DNA from: an uncultured Bacteroidota bacterium | GTDB lineage: Bacteria > Bacteroidota > Bacteroidia > Bacteroidales > DTGW01 | Direction: 5' to 3' | Assembly (NCBI GenBank): GCA_963726845.1 | Contig: CAVSGB010000262.1 | Coordinates: 6,696 to 70,695, forward strand | DNA length: 64,000 bases | Shown here: positions 28,965-41,200 of the stretch, one piece after another | Position numbering within the stretch: position 1 is the stretch's first letter | Layout: every line of letters starts with the position of its first letter | The notes under the pieces: model-generated | Database searches by the model: none | Told to the model about the DNA's origin: nothing | What the model saw: the letters and a program-made list of their open reading frames with translations, nothing else | Program-made: the position numbers and the translations under genes

Positions 28965-30059
28965 TCAAATTTTCTTATAATAGTCATTCAACAGCATCCT
29001 TGCGCCTTCGAAACTACTCATTTTGCCAGCCAATACTTCATTTTCCACGTGGTCCAGTTTGTGCTGGATACTGTTGCTTTTATAAAAATGGTCCAATAAA
29101 CCTTCTTCAATAGTTTGGTGCATCCAATATTTTGATTGGTTAATCCTGTTTGAAGTAAAATATTTATTTCCTTTTGTAAATTCAACATATTTCTCAATTG
29201 TTTCCCAAACTGCGCCAATACCCTGGTTCTGATGTGCCGAACAGGTCAGCACTTCAGGCAACCATCCAGACTCTCCTTGCTGTAAAAGATGTATTGCATT
29301 TTGATATTCTATTTTCGCGAGATTGGCTTTTTCGATATTGGCGCCATCGGCTTTGGTAATTGCAACAGTATCGGCCATTTCCATGATCCCGCGTTTAATG
29401 CCTTGCAATTCATCGCCGGCGCCGGCAAGCATTAAAAGTAAAAAGAAATCGACCATTGAATGAACAACAATTTCTGACTGTCCAACGCCCACTGTTTCAA
29501 TAAATATAACATCAAAACCAGCAGCTTCACATAAATAAATAACCTCTCTTGTCTTTCGGGCTACGCCACCCAACGAACCTGCTGACGGCGAAGGCCTGAT
29601 AAAAGCATTTGACTGGGCAGAAAGTTGTTCCATGCGTGTTTTGTCGCCCATAATACTGCCACCAGAGCGCTCGCTGCTGGGATCAATCGCGAGCACAGCC
29701 AATTTATGGTCCTTTGAAATTATGCTCATTCCTAATACTTCAATAAACGAGCTTTTACCTACTCCTGGAACACCCGTAATACCTACGCGTACAGATTTCC
29801 CTGTATAAGGCAAACATTTTTCAATAATTTGCTGGGCTATTTCCTGATGCTTATGTAAGGAGCTTTCGATTAAAGTAATTGCCTGGCTAAGTATCGTCCT
29901 GTTTTGCGATAATATTCCTTCAACATATCCTTCTATTGATAATTTTTTTTTCCGTTTCGACTTAAAATTCGCCAATGATTCATTGCTCACAACCGGAGGC
30001 TGTGGTATCCCTTTGCTTACTTTTAGTGCGCTTTGTAATTTACCAGGATCAGTATCCAT
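28965..30059 (-). CDS. meaB: methylmalonyl-CoA mutase-associated G3E GTPase MeaB/ArgK
   Basis: 364 aa with P-loop GITGVPGVGKSSFIE, plus ..FIETVGVGQSE.. and ..ITKADG... Confidence 0.9.
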   Translation of the reverse strand: MDTDPGKLQSALKVSKGIPQPPVVSNESLANFKSKRKKKLSIEGYVEGILSQNRTILSQAITLIESSLHKHQEIAQQIIEKCLPYTGKSVRVGITGVPGVGKSSFIEVLGMSIISKDHKLAVLAIDPSSERSGGSIMGDKTRMEQLSAQSNAFIRPSPSAGSLGGVARKTREVIYLCEAAGFDVIFIETVGVGQSEIVVHSMVDFFLLLMLAGAGDELQGIKRGIMEMADTVAITKADGANIEKANLAKIEYQNAIHLLQQGESGWLPEVLTCSAHQNQGIGAVWETIEKYVEFTKGNKYFTSNRINQSKYWMHQTIEEGLLDHFYKSNSIQHKLDHVENEVLAGKMSSFEGARMLLNDYYKKI

Positions 30060-30244
30060 GACATTAATATTTATACAAAAATAGACATTTAATTGGACTC
30101 ATCGAACCCATACTGCTTAATGGTTACTATTCATGAGTACGTTTGTTTTACTATCTTTTTTTACAACTCAATACTTTAAAAAACATTCATGGGCTTTTAT
30201 ATAATTGATATTTATTCTATCTCACAGTAATGCCTGTTTTTTAT

Positions 30245-31912
30245 TAATTAGAGTCTGTCTTTAATATAGAATTATCAATAAAAACAAGGTTTTCAAGGGG
30301 CAAAATTAAGAATTTATTAGTATCTTGTTGACATAACAACAAGAATTTTGATTATGAAAATATTTAATGAATGGGTGCTGCGGTTTAATAAGGCTGATTG
30401 GGCTTCAAGTCCTGAATTTGGGCTTATCGACACGGTATTGGAATCCCACCCTGATATTATTAAAATAGTAAAAAATGACATTGTTAAGAATGAAAAAGAA
30501 AGCAATTTTGGTCGAAAAGATGTTCCAACAGTAGAGCAAATTGTTCGTTCAGCTATTTTTAAAGAAATGAAAGGATTAGATTATAGAGAACTTGAGTTTG
30601 CACAAAAAGATTCTCGTATCTGTTCTACATTTATTAAGCTCGATGACAGAAGACCGTTTAGCTTTCAGGTATTACAGAAATATATTTCAAAGATAACAGC
30701 AACCTCATTACATGAGCTGCTTGTAGCCATTAATAAGATAGCTATTTCAGAAGGTTTTGAAGATGTTTCCAAATTGCGTCAAGATTCAACTACAGTAAAA
30801 ACAAACATACATTACCCAACAAATAATGCATTGGTATGGGATTGCATTAAACAAACCCATCAATTATTAGAAGCTTTAAAAAAAGAGGAAGAAGATGTAC
30901 ACTATTTCAACTACATACAGGGAGCGAAAAAGCTGTACTTTAAAATAAATGTTACAAAATCGGATGATAAACGGTTGGTGTTATTCCAGAAACAACTTAT
31001 TATCTTTTCAAAAACTATCAACCAATTATCAAATGTTCTTAAAAAAAAAGCAAAGACTTTGATAGGAACCGCAATTCAAGCCCAACTTTATGAATTGATT
31101 GACACTCTGTTACAAGTATATGATATTACTAATCGCAAAGAGATTAAGGGTGAGGCAGTACCGAACTGTGATAAAATATTTTCGATATTTGAACGTCATA
31201 CAGACATAATAGTCAAAGGAAGTCGTGATGTTATCTTTGGGCACAAAGTTAATTTGGCTACAGGAAGAAGCAACCTAATACTTGATATTCAGACGTTATT
31301 GGGCAATCCATCGGATAAACAATTATATCAACCAACAATTAACAGAGTTGAAACCAATTACGAGAAAATCCCAAGAGACATTGCTACCGATGGTGGCTAT
31401 GCTTGTACAGATAATTTAAATTTCAGCAAAAATAAGGGCATTGCGAACATAGTATTCAATAAAATAGTAGGGAGTTTGCAAAATACAACATCCAGCAAAA
31501 AGCTTGAAACACAACTAAAAAAATGGCGAAGCGGCATAGAAGCCAATATATCGAACTGGAAACGAGGCTTTAATATTGCAACATGCAATTGGAAAGGATT
31601 TCCTCATTTCGAGTCGAAAATAATCTGGAGTGCTATTGCATATAATTTTAGGGTGTTAACAGCTTTGTTTTTAGACAAATACAAGTTGCAAACAATAAAA
31701 GTATAGAAATGAAAACATTCAAATATTTATTGGGATACGTATGTGCTGACGCATTCATTTTTAAGCAAAATTGCTAATTTTGAGCTATAAATTACTAAAA
31801 TCAAAATTAAAACCAATTTTGATAATAAATTCCTAAGCGGAAATTAGAAAAAACATCAAAACCCTTGATTAGAAAAATGAAAATGGTTGACTTTATGGAC
31901 AGACACTAATTA
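30245..31912 (+). mobile_element. insertion sequence (IS5/IS4-superfamily type) with imperfect terminal inverted repeats and a 6-bp TAATTA target-site duplication
   Basis: The left end is GAGTCTGTCTTTAA (from 30251). The right-end reverse complement is GTGTCTGTCCATAA (to 31906). Identical TAATTA copies sit at 30245..30250 and 31907..31912. A single transposase ORF lies inside. Confidence 0.8.
30354..31706 (+). CDS. DDE transposase (DUF772 N-domain + DDE_Tnp_1-like, IS5/IS1182-like)
   Basis: The DUF772-like segment is ..FGRKDVPTVEQIVRSAIFKEMKGLDYRELEF... DDE blocks are QDSTTVKTNIHYPTNNALVWD, IATDGGYAC and ..RSGIEANISNWKRGFN... The ATG at 30354 is preferred over the TTG at 30348. Confidence 0.85.
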   Translation: MKIFNEWVLRFNKADWASSPEFGLIDTVLESHPDIIKIVKNDIVKNEKESNFGRKDVPTVEQIVRSAIFKEMKGLDYRELEFAQKDSRICSTFIKLDDRRPFSFQVLQKYISKITATSLHELLVAINKIAISEGFEDVSKLRQDSTTVKTNIHYPTNNALVWDCIKQTHQLLEALKKEEEDVHYFNYIQGAKKLYFKINVTKSDDKRLVLFQKQLIIFSKTINQLSNVLKKKAKTLIGTAIQAQLYELIDTLLQVYDITNRKEIKGEAVPNCDKIFSIFERHTDIIVKGSRDVIFGHKVNLATGRSNLILDIQTLLGNPSDKQLYQPTINRVETNYEKIPRDIATDGGYACTDNLNFSKNKGIANIVFNKIVGSLQNTTSSKKLETQLKKWRSGIEANISNWKRGFNIATCNWKGFPHFESKIIWSAIAYNFRVLTALFLDKYKLQTIKV

Positions 31913-32216
31913 CTGTTTGCAGTTTTGTAAGAAAAATGATTTTTCGCAAAATTATTCCGGAGATGAAAATTTATAAAATTGAAAAATACCCTGAAAACGG
32001 TATTTCAAAATGGAACTATAAGTACCTAAATTTATAAATGAATTTCTTTTGATGTAATGAAGATATTGAAATATAATTTAAATTTTAGATTATCAAAAGA
32101 ATACATAATAAAGGCAATTTGTTTTTTGTAAACAATAGAAAACTATTTTTTAATTTATTAGATGAAAAAATTTGTTTCTAACAATCAACCCAAATAATTA
32201 ACCAAAACATTAAATT

Positions 32217-35200
32217 ATGAAAAGTAGAATTAATTCAATTTTGACGATTTTATCAATTATGCTGATAGCAAATATATCGGCATTTGGACAGGTAAAGATT
32301 TATAAACCTTCAAAAGGTAAAACTGTTACTTATACTATTTGTCAGGGCATTTTCACCGATACTGGCGACTCAACTGCAAATTATTCGGCAGGGGAGCAAG
32401 ATACAATAATCTTCAAGCCTTCTACTGCAGGGGCAATGATGAAGGTAACATTCAGAAAATTTAGTACTGCTGCTTATGACGATGTACTTTCTATATATTA
32501 TGGCACAGGTACATCCAAGAAATTGGATGATTTCTCAGGAGATTATGCTCCTGGTACAATAATTTCTAATTCCTCGGATGGTGCGCTGACTTTTGTATTT
32601 AGCAGCGCTTCAGGAGATTATGCAGGCTGGGTCGCAGATATTTCGTGTAGTAGCGGAAGTGGTTTATCTTGTGCAACCATTTTATCACCTGCCAGTGGGG
32701 CGACAAATGTTAGTATCACTCCTCATATTTCATGGCAGGCAGTTACTGGAGCTACTTCTTACAATTTTATTTATGGCTATTATGCCGGACATACGCCTGT
32801 TGTTGTTGGTACAATTAATACTACTGCCACAAGTGTGGATACATTTCATTTAATGCAAGGAAGCACTTATTTATGGAAAATTGTCCCAAAAAACGGAGCT
32901 GATACGGCATCCGGTTGTTCTGTAAATACTTTTACAACTGCAAGTATTCCAAATTGTTCCGGAAAGCCAACTCCGGTTGACGGTGCAACCGCGGTTAGTT
33001 CTTACACTCTTTCATGGGCTTCTGTTTCCGGGGCAACTGATTATAAATTATATTATGGCACAACTTCTAATTTATCTGGTGTCAAATACATCAGTACAGA
33101 TGGAACAACATCCTTTAAAGCTACATTAAATGCAGGGATCCAATATTTCTGGAAAGTAGTTCCGGTAAATAGTATTGGCGATGCTACCGGATGTACAATC
33201 TGGTCGTTTACAACATCTTCAGGCAATGCACCTTCGTGCGCTTCAACTTCTGTACCAGCTGATGCTTCGACGGGTGTAACTTCTTATGTATTGTCCTGGG
33301 CTGCTGTTACAGGTGCAACTTCATATAATATCTATCTGAGTTCAACAACAACTTTGCCGGCAACAGCTACAGCAAATGTGACTACTAATACATACACTGC
33401 TTCATTAAGTTCGGGTATAACATATTCCTGGAAGGTAGTTCCTGTAAATGGTTCAGGTTCTGCCAGCGGATGTTCGACATACTGCCCTTTACTACTGCAG
33501 TTGCATTACCCAATTGTGCCGGAAAACCAACTCCTTCTGATGGGGCAACCACGGTAAATTCAAACACTCTTTCCTGGGCTTCAGTTACCGGGGCAAATTA
33601 TTATAAAGTTTACTATGCTACAACATCTGATTTATCAGGTATTACTCCGGTTTCCGTAGAAACAACTTCATACACGCCTGCTTTAAACGCCGGCACTAAA
33701 TACTATTGGAAAGTGGTTCCTGCAAATAGTAATGGTGACGCTACCGGATGCTCTGCATGGTCGTTTACTACTGCTGCTTCAACTGGCACACCAGTAGTAA
33801 GTACATTTAAAACTAGTTACACCAATGCGCAGGGCATTATCTTCGACAACGATAACAATATGTACATATCGCGTAAAACGTATATTTCAAAAATTACTGC
33901 AGCGGGGGACGAGTCAACCTATGCTACTGGCTTGGGTAACGGATCGGATATGGCTTTCGATAAATCCGGAAACCTTTACTGTATTGATTATTCAAATAGT
34001 AAAGTTTATAAAATTGCAGCTGGCGGTGGCACTGCATCTAATTTTGCCACTACAGCTTCTCCGGTCGGTATTGTTTATGACAATATTAAGGATGTTTTAT
34101 ACGTTACAAATTATTTTGCATGCACAATTTCAAAAATAAGCATGACCGGCTCAGTATCTGTTTTTGCTACCATAAGTGGCGCATCAAGAGCATGCGGGTT
34201 AACAATGGACAAAGATTCAAACTTATATACTACCGACTTTATGGGCAAAAGGGTGTATGAAATTTCCAAATCCGGCAATCCATCTGCACTTGCATCTGCT
34301 ACAAGCGGCTATGTTTCTATTGAATATATGCCGTCGGGAATTCTTCTGGTAACTGATTACACCAACAATAAAATTATGCAAATTACTACTGACGGCACTA
34401 CAACTAAATATGCCGGAACAGGTGTTGCAGCAACTACAGATGGTAGTCTGTCAGTCGCACAATTTAACCAACCCTATTACGCTGCTGTTGACAAACAGGG
34501 CAATTATTATGTGACTGAATATACAACAAATAATATCCGGAAAATTTCTGCCGGGAAAAGCATCTCCATTTCTGCTCCAAGTGGCGATTATCTTGCATGG
34601 GGGAACCCATTTACTTTTAAATTTAATACGCAGGGTATTGACAGTGTCAATATTGATTATTCAGTTGATGGTGGTACGACCTGGAACCCAATAGCATCGC
34701 ATGTAAAATCAAGTAATGGGTTAAACAGTCTACAATACACATTACCTGTTGGTAATGGATGGCTTTACAATTGCAAATTAAGAATATCTGATGCTGCAGA
34801 TTCGAACAACTCATCCACCAGCAATTTCACCTTAAAGGACAAGTCGATAGTAATAAACTCTCCAAAAGGAGGCGAAACTTATAATTCCGGGGATACTATT
34901 AAAATAAGCTATACTACATCCGAGAATTTAGGTTATGTTTATTTCCAGATATCTTATGATGGAGGCTCAACATGGACTGCAATTGACGGTTCGAATTATA
35001 GTTATACTATTGGTACGTACAATTATAATTATATTACTCCAATAATGTCGGCAGGTTCTGCTAATTGCAAGGTCAAAGCTTACTATTATTATCCAAACAG
35101 TTCGGGATATTATGGCATTTCTGCAGGAACTTTTACTATTAAATCTGCTCCGCCTACGATTATTGTTACTTCACCTTCTTCTACCGACTTGCTAAAACCT

Positions 35201-38200
35201 GGAAATAAAAAGTATATTTATTGGACAAGTTATTTGGTTAAAAATGTGAACATTTACTATTCAACCGACAATGGAAGTCATTATACTTCGATAGCCCAGG
35301 GTATTGCTTCAGGCGATTCCTATTCGAATTACTACTATTGGACTGTACCGACTGTATCAGGTTATTTCAATCAGGCAAAGATTAAGATTGAAAGTGCATC
35401 TGATAATACTGTCAAAAACACCAGCAATACATTCACAATTACAGATCAATCGCCTGTGGTAGTAACTTCACCGGTTAGGGGCAATAAATGGTATGCAGGC
35501 AGTACCGGAACAATAAGCTATAAAAACCGCAGTAATCAAAGCTTAAGTGTTTATGCGTATTTGTCATCCGACAGTTTAAACTGGAATTATATTGGTTATG
35601 GCTCTGTAAACAGTCTTGGCATAGGTTCGATTACTTATAGTATTCCTGTCCTGACTACCGGTGCGACTACCTATAGGGTACGTTTATATGATTATTCCAC
35701 CTATACATATTCTATCCCCTCAGATGCTTTTGAAATTGTTGCAGCTCCAGCACAGCTTTCAATTGCCAGCCCTGTTAAAGGGAATTATTTAAAGTCCGGG
35801 AGTTCAAATTACATTACATGGACCAGTATCTCTGCCGGGGACAATGTTAAAATAGAATATACAACAAATGGCGGCAGTGATTGGTCTCAGGTTGTAGCAA
35901 GCACTGGTACTTCGAATGGTTATGAGAATAGCTATAACTGGGTTGTTCCTTCAACAATAAAAGGGATTTACAATAACTGCTTAATAAGAATTACAAGCAA
36001 TTCTGATTCAAAAATTGTTGGTATTTCCGATATCTTTACTATTTCCGATAAAGACCAGTTACAAGTTACCTATCCTGATTCATTGGTAAATGTCACTGCA
36101 GGAAATGACCTGACAATCCGTTATATTAATAATGGTGCAAGCCAGGCTTCGTATTTCTATATTTATTACTCAATCAATGGAGGTTCATCATGGAATTATT
36201 ACAGTGCAACATATTTCTATGGTTTGCCATCCGGTGAAAATTCTTATATATGGACGGTTCCAACTTCATTAACTGATAACAAGGCTGTTAAAATAGCTAT
36301 TTCGAATAGTTCGTATTACCCGACAAGCGGGACATTATACGGCATTAGCAAGGCATTTAACGTTACCGGGTTACCTGCGGTTATTAAAGTGAAATCACCT
36401 GTTGCCGGTGACTACTTTACTTCAGGGACTAACAGATATATTACCTGGAGCAGCCTTCATTCAAGTTCCGTAAAGATTGAGTACAGAATAGACAATGGTA
36501 CTACATGGAATACTATTTCATCCTCATATTATAGTTCCGATAATGATAATAATTCATACTACTGGAATGTCGGATCAATAGCCGGGGGCTCATCTGACCA
36601 ATGTCAAATTAGGATAACTGATTATAATAAACCTTCATTGGGTGATAGTAGTGAATTGTTTACTATTTCAAACAAATCGCAACTCGCAATAGTTACACCA
36701 AATGGAGGTGAAACCCTGAAGGCAGGCGAAGCTTCATTGATCCAGTTTAACAATAAAGGTACGCAGCTAAATACTAATGTTTATCTTTATTATACCCTAA
36801 ATAACGGCAGCTGGAATTATATTACAAGTTTTTATAGTGTACCGGGCGGTCTGTCGTCCTATACCTGGAATGTACCGGCTACGCTTAGCGATTCGAACAG
36901 ATACAGGCTGATAATTTATGAAAATTATTATGCTACTTCAGATACAAGTAACACGTTCTTTACAATAAATGGGGCTACTCCAAGCATAAAAGTAACCAGC
37001 CCTGCTTATGGAAATGTTTTGTGGTCGAAAGACAATGGCTATGTATATTATAACATTATCAACGTTAAGGCTGTTGACCTTGATTACTCACTTGACGGAG
37101 GAACAACATGGACAAATTATGTAAAAAACCAAACGGTGAGCGGTAAAAACTATATGAGCTGGGTTATCCCGACTGTAAGTGGAATTAAAGACAATTGTAT
37201 TGTAAAAATTCATGGGACTAAGGATTCGACAATTTATGGGTTAAGTGGCGTATTCACTATTAAAGACGGAACAGTAAATTATACCATTTCAAATCCAAAT
37301 GGTGGCGAAGTATTAAAAGCGGGCACTTACAATTCTATTGTATTTAACAATACCGGTAAATCGAGTTATGCGAGCCTTGCCTATTCGACAAATGGAGGTT
37401 CAACTTTCAATACAATAACATCTATTTATACTTATTATGGTTTGAATACCTATTCATGGTATATTCCAGATACAACTTCAAGGTCTAAAACCTGGAAGGT
37501 AAGGATAATAGATGGTTACAATACTACAATTGGCGATACAAGCAATGCCAATTTCGCAGTTGCTGAAGCTACTCCCTATATTACAGTTGCCTCTCCGACA
37601 GGTGGAAGCTGGTGGGTTTCGGGCAATAATTATTTGATATCATGGAGCAGTCTGAATGTTAAGAGGGCAATTGTAGAATTAAGTACTGATGGTGGACTTA
37701 GTTGGTCTGCGCTCGATACATTAATGTCTAATGTTAACGGGTATAATACAGATACTGTCAAAGCCCCACCTGTTGGTACAACTTCATATAGCGCCGTTAT
37801 TAGGGTAAAGAATGCATATAGTTTCAAAACATTTGGATTAAGTTCCATTTTCAGCATTTCGAAAGCGGCACCTGCTCTTACAGTACTGTCGCCAAACGGA
37901 GGTGAAACATATACTGCAGGAAATAATATGCCTATATCGTTCAATAACGAAGGCCCTGCCACTTATGCGGTAATTAAACTTAGCACTGATAATGGTTTTA
38001 CATGGAACTATATAAGTGATTATCTCTATGCCTATTCTGGAAAGAATAGTACTTCATATTATCTTCCTTACTATTCGAATGGTTCAACAAAAGCATTGAT
38101 AGAAGTGGAGCCTTATTCATCATCGATACATTCTCCAGATACGAGTAATGCTGTATTCACAATAAAAGCTGTATCGCCATTTATTTCCATAACTTCTCCT

Positions 38201-41200
38201 GGCGCCTACAATCTTTGGTGGAGTGGCGACAGCCATTATCTGTACTGGAATTCAGCACATGTTTCGTCTGTAAGTTTATACTACAGCATCGATACAATGA
38301 AATCTTGGAACAAAATAGTAGAGCATTATAGTACAATTGATGGAACGAACAGCTATAACTGGACAGTTCCCGTAATTACTGGTAAAGTCGATAAAAGCTA
38401 TGTGAAAATAGTTAGCGATAATGATGCAACTGTCAATGGCACAAGCAATTTATTCACAATCGACAATGAAGCTACAAAGATTATTGTCGTAAGTCCAAAC
38501 GGAGGCGAAACGTTCAACGCTAACAATTATGTGGATATTTCATATCAATATTCAGGAAGGCCAAGAAGCTATGTTACTGTCTATCTTTCTACTGACAGTG
38601 GTAAAACGAAAACATCAATTGGACAAGGCAGCTCAGTATACAGTGGTTTGAACACTTTCAGTTATTTTATTCCTAAGGATACAAAGACTTCTAAACAATG
38701 TTTCGTTTATGTTGAAGAAGGCTATTGGGATAACCCGGCCATTCATAAAAGTGATGCTATTTTCACTATAAAAGCTGTTCCCCCTTCAATCAATTCAGTA
38801 TATGCATCGGACAATTATATAGTCGCAGGGAAAGCATATTCAATTAATTGGTATAGTTATAAGGCAGCAAAAGTTAATATTGATTATAGCACTGATAACG
38901 GGAAAACCTGGTCATCATTGATTGCAGGCATTTCTTCACCGGATGGGAATAACAATTCAAGTTTTGTTACACCTGCTGTGTCAGGTACTTTCGAAAAATC
39001 ATACTTCAGGGTAAGTTCCGCTTATAATAAGACTATTTCTTCGAATAGCGGAATTTTAACTTTAAGCGATGTACCCATCTCGTATACTGTAATCAGCCCG
39101 AATGGCGGTGAAAAGCTGAAAGCAGGCAACACTTATACTGTAAGTTTAAGCAAAACAGGGCCTGTAAATTATAGTAGCATGTATATTTCATTAAGTACCG
39201 ATGGTGGCAACTCATATCAATATATAGGCTATGCTTATTTTGGAAGTAATAACAAAGCTGATTTTAACTGGACTATTGATAACCTTATTTCATCGAAATA
39301 TTGTAAAATAAAAGCCCAGTTAAATTACAATGATTCGGTTAACTACGATGTGTCCGACAATTTATTTGAGATACAGCCGGCACCTGCTCAAATCAGCATT
39401 AGTTTACCGACTGCTTCAAGCTATTGGGTTGACAGTACATTACAAAAAGTTTACTGGAATAGTGTAAGTGTTCAAAATACAAAAGTTCAGTACTCTATGG
39501 ATGCTGGTTCGACCTGGACTAATCTGGCAAATAATGTTAATTCAGCAAACGGTTCGAATATACTTACAATCGAAGTGCCAGGAGTAGATTCTACTGTACA
39601 AAATGCTAAAGTCAGAGTAGTGGACCTGGCTGACACAAATGTCTACGGTGTATCGCAGTCATTCATTATCAGCCCGAGCGCGGCAACTTTAACAGTAATT
39701 AAGCCTAATGGAGGAGAAGTACTAAAATCCGGTAGTTCATACTTTATTGAATATAGCTATGTTGGGAAGCCTTTATACGGAGCCGTTGTTTACTATTCTA
39801 CCAATGGTGGCCGTAATTGGGTAACCCTGGGCAAAATAGGTACAATTAAAGAAGGTAAATATTCTTTCGAATGGGAAATACCTGCTGATATTACAATTTC
39901 TAATTACAACAAGATAATGATATCGTCTGCTGATGGCAGCTTTACTGATATCACTGATGGATTGTTTAGCATTGTCCCTGGCAAATCTGAGCTTAGTATC
40001 ACTTTGCCAAATAGCTATAATTATGCTGTTGCAGGAAATTCGCAAAGTATTATTTGGAATGCCCGGAATGTTGATGCAGTAAATATCGACTATTCTTTAG
40101 ACGCAGGGGCAACATGGAACAGCATTGCAACAAATGTAAGTTCGACATCTTCATCAAATACTTATGACTGGACAGTTCCTTCAATTTCTGGCACTTTTGA
40201 AAATGCAAAAGTAAGGATTACAAACGCTTCTAATTCCGATTTAAGTGTAATTAGCGAAAGTTTTGTTATAAGTGATATGCAGCGGTCGCTGAAAATAATC
40301 GATCCAAACGGTGCTAATACTTTGTATGCCGGTAAGTATTATGATGTCAAATTCCAGAATAATGGCCTAAAAACTACAGTCAACATTTCTATTTTCAATT
40401 CAGATGTTCCGAATGGTAGTTATTTATGCAATTTTGAGAATATCAAAACTGGTAATAATATTATAGAAGTTAAAATACCAGAGACCCTCAAAGGAAATGA
40501 TTCCTCGTTTATCAATATCACTGACTATTATAATTATCAAATTAAAGTTTTCAGCGATACTGCATTTTCCCTTGTTGGTATTGATCCCGTTATTAAGAAT
40601 GTAAAGCCTGATTCAACCGCATACTGGTCAGCAGGTGACTCAAGGACTATTTCATGGAAGAGCTATAACATCGATAGTGTTATCCTAAGCTATAGCATTG
40701 ATGGTGGTACAACCTGGTCACTAATAGATGATGTTGCTGCTATGAATGGAAATAATACTTACAACTGGACTGTGGCCGATGTTAAAAAAGCCAAGGTTAC
40801 TGCACAAATCAAGGTTAGCAGCAGTGTATCAGGAAAAATAAGTGGGCTAAGTGGTAAATTCACACTAACTGGTAATCCGGTAGTGCTTACTATTACGAGT
40901 CCTAATGGTGGTGGGACTATTAAGGCAGGTATCGTAGATACTATTAAATTCAAGTACACAGCCAACGACAAGATTGTAAATGCTTATATCTCGTTCGACA
41001 AAGGTTCCAGTTGGAGCAAACTGGGTTCTAACAGTGCGTTCCTTGGAGACAATAAGATGGCATTCTGGTTACCCTTCGAAACTGTACCTTCGACTCAATG
41101 CTTAGTCAGAATAGAAGATGAGGATGGTATAGCCGACACAAGCAATGCTGTATTTGCTGTTGCAGAAGCTGATCCTGCTATCTCGATAGAATCTCCCGAT

